From the NCBI GenBank assembly GCA_951406725.2, contig OX597814.1, positions 74,214,001 through 74,278,000 on the forward strand: a DNA stretch of 64,000 nucleotides. The letters run 5' to 3'. The translations under genes were made by a program, and so were the position numbers. The DNA comes from Octopus vulgaris (lineage: Eukaryota). Below, piece after piece: positions 51,233-64,000 of the stretch. Below the pieces are notes generated by a model. That model did not search any database. It was given only the letters and a program-made list of their open reading frames with translations, and was not told the DNA's origin. Each line of letters opens with the position of its first letter. The stretch's first letter is position 1.

Positions 51233-52082
51233 CTGTAAGTAAAAATATATATGAAATGGCAGTGGTTATATATATATAGTTTATGCAATGGAAACAGAAG
51301 AAAAAAATTGACTAAAATTTAGTACTAACATCTGGATATGTTCTAATTAGTTTAGGTTCATCATCAGTTGCTTTGACATGGCAATGACTATGCAATTAAT
51401 AAATTAAGTGAAGAAACAAGATGGAGGCTTAGTGTGAGAGTGTCAAACTTAGAGCGTGTCAATGTTGAGTGTGAGAAGAAAATACTGATTTGACTGCATT
51501 ATTAAACTTAACTTCACAGTTTCAATCCAATAACAGGTAATATGTATGTTACAGCATTTGAAAACTTACTTTAATCTATTTCTACGAGTTAAACTTGAAA
51601 AATAGAAACTGACCAATCATAAGACAAGTTTTTAAAGGAAATTCAATCATAAAACTTATGTTCTGCAATGAAATGCACATTTCCTTGCAAAATACAATGG
51701 ATACTAAGCTAAAGCTCGTTATCACAACTTGGACTAAAGTAAGATATCTGAATTCATCCAAGTAATAAGCACAGTACGATATTTTGATTTAGACACAAAA
51801 AATTTTTTTAATTGATTCTAAACACAATAATTATCACATGAATACCACATTATGTAGAAAGGAAAAAAAATTACTTTTTCCTCTCAAAATTTAAATAAGG
51901 AACAATTTTAACAGTTTCTGAATATTTTATGGTATACTTGACATTTGAAACTGATTGTGTCCTTTAAATAACAAATATGACCTTTTATTTTCTTAAGCAA
52001 GTTTAACATTAGACTAGGTTTCTATGAGCATTGCATTTTAGATACCCCCAAAGTTCGGGTGAGTTCAAACAATAAAAAATAG

Positions 52083-52115
<33 letters not shown>

Positions 52116-52135
52116 TATCTATATATATATATCTA

Positions 52136-52182
<47 letters not shown>

Positions 52183-52184
<2 letters not shown>

Positions 52185-52392
52185 CCATGTTGATTCGTTA
52201 GCTACTGCACGCATTTTTTTCTCTCCTTCTTTCTGTGTTTTTCTCTCTCTGTGTATCTTTCTGTTGAAGAGCGTAGGCTCGAAACGTTAAAGACTTGTTT
52301 TATTTATATTTCCTGAGCGCCATACTAATACAATTGTTCGTTTGTTTTCCACCTGCCTTCGTCTTTTGTTTATTTTCATAAAGCTTCCCGTT
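52183..52392 (+). mobile_element. Penelope-like terminal-repeat fragment within (TA)n
   Basis: ~210 bp flanked by (TA)n; has a hammerhead-like core; shares tttcctgag.g.c with the 49192-49357 element. Confidence 0.65.
52256..52293 (+). ncRNA. Minimal hammerhead-like motif (best-preserved stems; CUGUUGA core variant)
   Basis: UCUUU-CUGUUGA-A-GAGC-GUAG-GCUC-GAAACGU-U-AAAGA. Confidence 0.65.
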
Positions 52393-52399
52393 ATATATA

Positions 52400-52460
<61 letters not shown>

Positions 52461-52746
52461 ATCTATAAATCTATATCTATATATATATATATCTATCTAT
52501 AAATCTATATATATATATCTATCTATCTATATCTATATATATATATATCTATCTATATCTATATCTATATATATATATATCTATCTATATATATATATAT
52601 ATCTATATCTATATATATATATATACTATATCTATATATATATATATCTATCTATATCTATATATATCTATCTATATCTATATATCTATCTATATCTATA
52701 TATCTATCTATATATATATATATATATATCTATCTATCTATATATA

Positions 52747-52797
<51 letters not shown>

Positions 52798-52892
52798 ATA
52801 TATATATATATATATCCATCTCTATATATATATATCTATCCATCTCTCTATATATATATATCTATCTATCTCTATATATATATATATCTATA

Positions 52893-52931
<39 letters not shown>

Positions 52932-53042
52932 ATATCTATATATATCTATATCTATATATATATATCTATATCTATATATATCTATATGTATATATATCTA
53001 TCTATATGTATATATATCTATCTATATCTATATGTATATATA

Positions 53043-53661
53043 CATTTGTCCTAAGCCGCCTGGACTACTGCTCCCAACTGTGGTCACCGCATAGTGTCAA
53101 ACTAACCACAGAGCTTGAGACAATCCAAAGACATTTCACCAAGAGGATTTCCACCATGAAAGAAAAGAACTATTGGGAGAGGCTTAGGGAACTCAATTTG
53201 TACTCCTTGGAACGAAGACGAGAGAGATATGCAGTGATATACATATGGAAAATCCTGGAGGGACTAGCACCAAATTTTGGAATTGAGAGCTGTTCCAATC
53301 CCCGTACAGGACGTCACTGTGTGGTGCCAAAGGTCCCGTCTTCCACATCCAGGGTAAGGAGCAGATACTGTAATAGCCTGGGGTTCAGGGGCCCTCAGCT
53401 TTTCAACAAACTGCCAAGAAAACTAAGAGATCTACATGATGCGGATGTGGACATTTTCAAAAAACATCTAGACAAGCTGCTTTCCGGGATCCCAGATGAA
53501 CCCACTGCAAGGTACGAAGGTAACCTAAGGGCAGCAGCTACAAACTCTCTCTTAGATCAGTGGCCAGCCATGGCAAACTGGACTTAGAGAGGGTAGCAAC
53601 AAGGGCGGTGCCCCAGCATGGCCTCAGCCGGATGGCTGAAACAAGTAAAAGAGTAAAAGAG
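53043..53661 (+). mobile_element. 5'-truncated CR1-like LINE, divergent subfamily
   Basis: [26 protein letters not shown]; tail (GAGTAAAA)n. Confidence 0.9.
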
Positions 53662-53695
53662 TATATATATGTATATATATATATATGTATATATG

Positions 53696-53786
<91 letters not shown>

Positions 53787-53791
<5 letters not shown>

Positions 53792-54991
53792 ATGTCACAA
53801 ACTGCGTGATCTCAACATAGTTGGAAAACTGGGAGAATGGCTTCATGACTTTCTGAAGGATAGAAGTCAGGTGGTAGTAGCCAATGGGGCCACCTCCATT
53901 AACACACAAATAGTGAGCGGTGTTCCGCAGGGCACTGTTCTGGGACCACTACTGTTCATAATGGCCCTCTCAAACATGGCCTCAGCCACGCAGAGAGCCA
54001 CGATCACAAGTTATGCAGATGATACAAAAGTTTCACAGGCAATACAGAACCCTGAGGACACTAAACACCTGCAATGTGAGCTGGACGAAATATACAAGTG
54101 GGCTGAAAAGAATAGCATGCAGTTCAATGCTGGAAAGTTTCAAGCTTTATACTATCAGCATGCAAAACTGAATGCAATACCGAATGAATACACTGGACCC
54201 GGAGGGATTGCCATCCCAGAGGCACAATCAGTGCGTGACCTGGGTATTCACATGAGTGATGACGCGACCTTTCATGTACATGTTGCTAAACTGACAATGA
54301 AATGTAGACGGCTGGCTGGATGGATTCTTAGAACCTTTAGAACAAGAGAACAAGAAACCATGATGGTCCTCTGGAAGACACTTGTCCTAAGCCACTTTGA
54401 CTATTGCTCTCAGCTATGGTCACCATCCAGTGTCAAGTTGATCACAGAACTTGAGGCGATCCAACGAAGCTACACAAAGAAGATAGCCTCTATGCAGAAT
54501 GTAAGCTACTGGGAAAGACTCAAGAGATTAAAATTATATTCCCTGGAGCGTAGGCGGGAAAGATATGCCATAATATACATCTGGAAGATCCTGGAGGGAA
54601 GTGTCCTGAACTTTGGCATCGAGAGTTACGCAAATGCCAGAACTGGGCGCCACTGCGTGGTGCCTAGGACTCCAAACCTGCCATCAAGATGTAGGACAAG
54701 ATACTGTGATAGCCTGGGCTTCCGAGGCCCACAGCTCTTCAATATCCTCCCGAAGAACCTGAGAGACCTGCATGGTGTGGATACAGATGTCTTTAAAATG
54801 AAGCTGGATCTCTTCCTTTCAGGTGTCCCAGATGAACCAACTTCACGGCAGGAGGGGCAGATGAGGGCAGCTGCATCGAACTCTCTCATGCACCAAATAG
54901 CAGTTGCTAGAAAGCCTCCATGAAGTGAAACCAAGTAGCAACACCAAATGGCGGTGCCCCAGCATGGCCACAGCTCATAAGCTGAAACTAG

Positions 54992-55021
<30 letters not shown>
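53787..55021 (+). mobile_element. 5'-truncated CR1-like LINE with open RT C-terminal half
   Basis: [14 protein letters not shown] and YADDTK; open to the stop at 54923; tail (ATCA)n. Confidence 0.93.
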
Positions 55022-55728
<707 letters not shown>

Positions 55729-57930
55729 TATACTTCAACAATTCATGTCTGTAATGCAAGCCATATGCTACAAATGTGTCCCAGAGAGAAAGGCCACTGT
55801 ACACAAGAACAAAATCCCCAGAGAGAGGAAAATTTTAATGAGATGGCGTACAAAACTTTCAAATCGCCTAAACAAACAGATTGAAAGCAGTGAAAAGTTC
55901 CGCCTAAAAATAAAACTGTTGGAAATCGAAAAATGTCTGCAACTCTCCCATGAAAAAGAAAGAGCAGACAAAGAAGCCTGGGCTATAGACAACATAAAAT
56001 CTAACCCCAGAGCTTTCTACAGGTATGCTAAAGAAACAGCTACGGTGCACTGTAGAATAGGGCCACTCCTCGAAAAGGATGGCACACTTACAGGAAAACC
56101 AATGAGGGTAAGTGAAATACTGAATGAGCAATTCAAGAGTGTTTTCACTCCACCCCTTGGGCATCTCCAAATCACCAATCCAACTGACTTTTTTACCACT
56201 GCAGATATAAAATCAGAGGCGGCGGCGATAGATTACATCGATAAAAAGGAATATGATGTAATAAAGGCTATAGATGAAATGAAAACAGACTCAGCTACTG
56301 GCCCCGATGGATTCCCGGCAATCCTCCTGAAAGCATGTAAGAGAGTCCTAGCAAGACCACTGCAGTTCCTCTTTCAGAGCTTCCTTGCAGCTGGCAAACT
56401 TCCAAGAAAACTGAAGGAAGGTAAAATATGCCCCATTCATAAAGGAGGTAGCAGAGCGGAAGCCAAGAACTACAGACCTATCTCTCTGACCTCACACATC
56501 AGCAAGGTCATGGAACGAATAGTCAGAAGGAAGCTGATCACCTTCCTTGAAGAGAATGACTTGCTGCCCGACACCCAACATGGTTTCCGACCAGGAGAAG
56601 CTGTTTAACTCAGCTCCTACAACACTATGACTGGGTGCTGAAACAGCTGCTCAACCACTCAAATGTGGAAGTCATATATCTCGACTTTGCAAAGGCCTTT
56701 GATAAAGTCGATCATGGAATGATATGTCACAAACTGCATGATCTCAACATAGTTGGAAAACTGGGAGAATGGCTTCATGACTTTCTGAAAGATAGAAGTC
56801 AGGGGGTAGTAGCCATTAACACGCAAATAGTGAGCGGTGTTCCGCAGGGCACTGTTCTGGGACCACTACTGTTCATAATGGCCCTCTCAGACATGCCCTC
56901 AGCCACGCAGAGAGCCACGATCACAAGTTATGCAGATGATACAAAAGTTTCACAGGCAATACAGAACCCTGAGGACACTAAACACCTGCAATGTGAGCTG
57001 GACAAAATATACAAGTGGGCTGAAAAGAATAGCATGCAGTTCAATGCTGAAAAGTTTCAAGCTCTATACTATCAGCATGCAAAACTAAATGCAATACCCA
57101 ATGAATACACTGGACCCGGAGGAATAGCAATCCCAGAGGCACAATCAGTGCGTGACCTAGGTATTTACATGAGTGATGACGCGACCTTTCGTGTACATGT
57201 TGCTAAATTGGCAATGAAATGTAGACGACTGGCCGGATGGATCCTCAGAACCTTTAGAACAAGAGAACAAGAAACCATGATGGTCCTCTGGAGGACACTT
57301 GTCCTAAGCAACTTTGACTACTGCTCTCAGTTATGGTCACCATCCAGTGTTGAGTTGATCACAGAGCTCGAGGCGATCCAACGTAGCTACATGAAGAAGA
57401 TAGCCTCTATGCAGAATGTAAGCTACTGGGAAAGACTCAAGAGATTAAAACTATATTCCCTGGAGTGTAGGCGGGAAAGATATGCCATAATATACATCTG
57501 GAAGATCCTGGAGGGAAGTGTCCTGAACTTTGGCATCGAGTTACGCAAATGCCAGAACTGGGCGCCACTGCGTGGTGCCTAGGACTCCAAACTTGCCATC
57601 AAGATGTAGGACAAGATTCTGTGATAGCCTGGGCTTCCGAGGCCCACAGCTCTTCAATATCCTCCCGAAGAACCTGAGAGACCTGCATGGGGTGGATACA
57701 GATGTCTTTAAAATGAAGCTGGATCTCTTCCTGTCAGGTGTCCCAGATGAACCAACTTCACGGCAGGAGGGGCAGATGAGGGCAGCTGCATCGAACTCTC
57801 TCATGCACCAAATAGCAGTTGCTAGAAAGCCTTCATGAAGTGAAACCAAGTAGCAACACCAAATGGCGGTGCCCCAGCATGGCCACAGCTCATAAGCTGA
57901 AACTGGAAAAATCAAATCAAATCAAAATCA
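55729..57930 (+). mobile_element. 5'-truncated CR1-like LINE with full RT domain, two frameshifts
   Basis: GPDG, NYRPISL, QHGFR, YLDFAKAFD, GVPQG, YADD; frameshifts near 56595 and 57540; tail (AAATC)n. Confidence 0.93.
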
Positions 57931-57936
57931 TATTGT

Positions 57937-57981
<45 letters not shown>

Positions 57982-58002
57982 ATACATATATATATATATA
58001 TA

Positions 58003-58516
58003 TGTGCAGCATACGAGCTACTGGGAGAGACTCAAGAGATTAAAGCTCTATTCCCTGGAGCGTAGGCGAGAAAGATATGCCATAATATATATCTGGAAGA
58101 TCCTGGAAGGTCTTGTCCCAGACTTTGGCATCGAGAGGCACACAAACGCCAGAACCGGACGACACTGCGTAGTACCAAGGACTCCAAATTTGCCATCAAG
58201 ATATAGGACAAGATATTGTGATAGCCTGGGCTTCAGAGGCCCACGGCTCTTCAATGTCCTCCCGAAGAACCTGAGGGACCTGCATGGTGTAGATGCAGAT
58301 GCCTTTAAAGTAGGACTGGATCTCTTCCTGTCAGGTGTCCCGGATGAACCAACTTCACGGCAGGAGGTGCAGATGAGGGCAGCTGCATCGAACTCCCTCA
58401 TGCATCAGATGGCGTTTGCTAAAAAGCATCCGTGAGGTAAACCCGTGTAGCAAACGAAATGGCATGGCCACAGCTCATTAGCTGAAACTGGAAAAATCAA
58501 AAATCAAAATCAAAAT
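58003..58516 (+). mobile_element. 5'-truncated CR1-like LINE
   Basis: [21 protein letters not shown]...; tail (AAAATC)n. Confidence 0.9.
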
Positions 58517-58577
58517 GTATATATATATATATGTGTATATATATATATGTGTGTATATATATATATATGTATATATA

Positions 58578-58625
58578 TGTCCAACCCATGCTAGCATGGA
58601 AAACGGACGTTAAACGACGACGACG

Positions 58626-58627
<2 letters not shown>
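58578..58627 (+). mobile_element. 50-bp RTE 3'-end stub in (TA)n
   Basis: tgtccaacccatgctagcatggaaaacggacgttaaacgacgacgacga matches the RTE terminus at ~50620-50663. Confidence 0.8.
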
Positions 58628-58676
<49 letters not shown>

Positions 58677-59805
58677 TATACATACATATATATATATACA
58701 TATATATACATATACATATATATATACATACATATATATACATATACATATATATACATACATATATATATATACATATATATACATATACATATATATA
58801 CATATATATACATATATATACATATACATATATATACATATATATACATATATATATACATATACATATATATATACATATATATACATATATATATACA
58901 TATACATATATATACATATATATATACATATACATATATATACATATATATATACATATACATATAAATACATATATATATACATATACATATATATACA
59001 TATATATATATACATATATACATATATATATACATACATATATACATACATATACATATATATATACATATACATACATACATATATATATACATATACA
59101 TATATATACATATATATATACATATACATACATATATATATACATATACATACATATACATACATATATATATACATATACATACATATACATACATATA
59201 TACATACATATATACATACATATATATATACATATATATATATACATACATATATACATACATATATATATACATACATATATATATACATATATATATA
59301 TACATACATATATATATATACATACATATATACATACATATATATATACATACATATATATATACATACATATATACATACATATATATATACATACATA
59401 TATATATACATACATATATATATACATACATATATATATACATACATATATATATACATACATATATATATACATACATATATATATACATACATACATA
59501 TATATATATATACATATATATATACATACATATATATATACATACATATATATATACATACATATATATATACATACATATATATATACATACATATATA
59601 TATACATACATATATATATACATACATACATATATACATACATACATATATATATATACATATATATATATACATATATATATATACATATATATATATA
59701 TACATATACATATATACATATATATATATACATATATATATATACATATATATATACATATATATATACATATATATATACATATATATACATATATATA
59801 TATAC

Positions 59806-59893
<88 letters not shown>

Positions 59894-60425
59894 ATACATA
59901 TATATATACATATATATACATACATATATATATACATATATATACATAGATACATATATATATACATATATATACATACATACATATATATATATATACA
60001 TATATACATACATACATATATATATATATACATATATACATACATACATATATATATATATACATACATACATACATACATATATATATATATACATACA
60101 TACATATATATATATATATACATACATACATATATATATACATACATACATATATATATATACATACATACATATATATATATACATACATACATACATA
60201 TATATATACATACATACATATATATATATATACATACATATATATATATACATACATACATATATATATATATACATACATACATATATATATATACATA
60301 CATACATATATATATATACATACATACATATATATATATACATACATATATATATATATACATACATACATATATATATATATACATACAGACATATATA
60401 TATACATACATACATATATATATAT

Positions 60426-60480
<55 letters not shown>

Positions 60481-60491
60481 TATATACATAC

Positions 60492-60542
<51 letters not shown>

Positions 60543-60579
60543 CATATATATATATACATACATATATATATATACATAC

Positions 60580-60610
<31 letters not shown>

Positions 60611-60809
60611 CATACATATATATATATATACATACATATATATATATACATACATATATATATATATATACATACATATATATATACATATATACATATA
60701 TATATATATACATACATATATATATACATATATACATATATATATATATACATACATATATATATATACATACATATATATATATATATACATACATATA
60801 TATATATAT

Positions 60810-60840
<31 letters not shown>

Positions 60841-60914
60841 CATACATATATATATATATACATACATACATATATATATATATACATACATATATATATA
60901 TATATACATACATA

Positions 60915-60946
<32 letters not shown>

Positions 60947-60952
60947 CATACA

Positions 60953-60990
<38 letters not shown>

Positions 60991-61012
60991 ATATATATAT
61001 ATATATACATAC

Positions 61013-61256
<244 letters not shown>

Positions 61257-61285
61257 ATATATATATGTATGTATATATATATATG

Positions 61286-61332
<47 letters not shown>

Positions 61333-61353
61333 ATATATATATATGTATGTATG

Positions 61354-61404
<51 letters not shown>

Positions 61405-61473
61405 ATATATATATATGTATGTATATATATATATATATGTATGTATATATATATGTATGTATATATATATATG

Positions 61474-61582
<109 letters not shown>

Positions 61583-61749
61583 GTTGTGTATGTATATATA
61601 TATATATGTATGTATATATATATGTATGTATATATATATATGTATGTATATATATATATGTATGTATATATATATATTATGTATATATATATATGTATGT
61701 ATATATATATATGTATGTATATATATATATGTATGTATATATATATATG

Positions 61750-61837
<88 letters not shown>

Positions 61838-61838
61838 G

Positions 61839-61885
<47 letters not shown>

Positions 61886-62244
61886 ATATATATATGTATG
61901 TATGTATGTATATATATATATATGTATGTATGTATATATATGTATGTATGTATATATATATATGTATGTATGTATATATATGTATGTATGTATATATATA
62001 TATATGTATGTATGTATATATATATATGTATGTATGTATATATATATGTATGTATGTATATATATATGTATGTATGTATATATATGTATGTATGTATATA
62101 TATGTATGTATATGTATGTATGTATATATATATATGTATGTATGTATGTATGTATATATATATATATGTATGTATGTATATATGTATATATATATATATG
62201 TATGTATGTATATATATGTATATATATATGTATGTATATATATG

Positions 62245-62427
<183 letters not shown>

Positions 62428-62428
62428 G

Positions 62429-62488
<60 letters not shown>

Positions 62489-63409
62489 TATATACGTATG
62501 TATATATATATGTATATATGTATGTATATATATATGTATGTATATATATATGTATGTATATATATATGTATGTATATATATATGTATGTATATATATATG
62601 TATGTATATATATATGTATATATATATATGTATGTATATATATATGTATGTATATATATATGTATGTATATATATATGTATGTATATATATATGTATGTA
62701 TATATATATGTATGTATATATATATGTATGTATATATATATGTATGTATATATATATGTATATATATATGTATGTATATATATATGTATGTATATATGTA
62801 TGTATATATATATATGTATGTATATATATATATGTATATATATATGTATGTATATATATATGTATGTATATATGTATGTATATATATATATGTATATATA
62901 TATGTATGTATATATATGTATATGTATATATATATGTATGTATATGTATGTATATGTATATATATATGTATGTATATGTATATATATGTATATGTATATA
63001 TATATGTATGTATGTATATGTATATATATATGTATATGTATGTACATATGTATATATATGTATGTATATATGTATATGTATATATGTATATATATGTATG
63101 TATATATATATGTATATATGTATATATATATGTATATATATGTATATGTATATATATATGTATATATATGTATATGTATATATATATGTATATATATGTA
63201 TATGTATATATATATGTATATATATGTATATATACATATATATGTATATGTATATATATATGTATATATATGTATATATATGTATATGTATATATATGTA
63301 TATATATGTATATATATGTATATGTATATATATGTATATATATATGTATGTATATATATGTATATGTATATATATGTATGTATATATATATGTATATGTA
63401 TATATATGT

Positions 63410-63487
<78 letters not shown>

Positions 63488-63595
63488 TCGTCGTCGTTTA
63501 ACGTCCGTTTTCCATGCTAGCATGGGTTGGACATATATATACATATATATATATATACACACATATATATATATACACATATATATATATATACA

Positions 63596-64000
63596 TTTTG
63601 ATTTTGATTTTGATTTTTCCAGTTTCAGCTAATGAGCTGTGGCCATGCCATTTCGTTTGCTACACGGGTTTACCTCACGGATGCTTTTTAGCAAACGCCA
63701 TCTGATGCATGAGAGAGTTCGATGCAGCTGCCCTCATCTGCACCTCCTGCCGTGAAGTTGGTTCATCCGGGACACCTGACAGGAAGAGATCCAGTCCTAC
63801 TTTAAAGGCATCTGCATCTACACATGCAGGTCCCTCAGGTTCTTCGGGAGGACATTGAAGAGCCGTGGGCCTCTGAAGCCCAGGCTATCACAATATCTTG
63901 TCCTATATCTTGATGGCAAATTTGGAGTCCTTGGTACTACTTGCAGTGTCGTCATTCTGGCATTTGTGTGCCTCTCGATGCCAAAGTCTGGGACAAGACA
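63596..64000 (-). mobile_element. Inverted copy of CR1-like LINE 58003-58516
   Basis: Near-identical reverse complement with several small indels and substitutions. Confidence 0.88.

Larger units (their letters stand above)
52080..53042. repeat. (TA)n/(TATC)n compound microsatellite with embedded element
   Basis: Seen directly in the sequence. Confidence 0.95.

Noticed and set aside
54626-54997. Repeated ~120-aa minus-strand ORFs (also 57541-57915 and 58048-58401)
   Set aside because: Antisense shadows of the CR1 ORF2 end.

Overview
AT-rich, repeat-dense eukaryotic DNA. The repeat content (Nin-domain and tRNA SINEs, RTE, Dong and CR1 LINEs, very long (TA)n tracts) suggests an octopus or other cephalopod genome; this is inference. 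One recognisable host gene is present: the last three coding exons of an Ajuba-family/WTIP-like LIM protein on the minus strand (51181-51232, 46713-46781, 40585-41052). The rest is mostly mobile DNA: a near full-length degenerate R4/Dong element, RTE and CR1 LINEs, a Tc1 remnant, a Helitron, a piggyBac-like MITE and palindromic GGATC-ended MITEs with 8-bp TSDs. Most notable: (i) five minimal type-I hammerhead-ribozyme-like motifs from four repeat families with covarying stems, one forming the 3' end of a tRNA-headed SINE; (ii) four CR1-like copies stacked in a (TA)n tract; (iii) a ~5.9 kb palindrome at the right end, possibly an assembly artefact; (iv) duplicated, apparently structured unique blocks near 8-9 kb and a duplicated candidate micro-exon near 29-30 kb. 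The long IY-rich ORFs are translations of microsatellites. All calls are by eye, without database searches.
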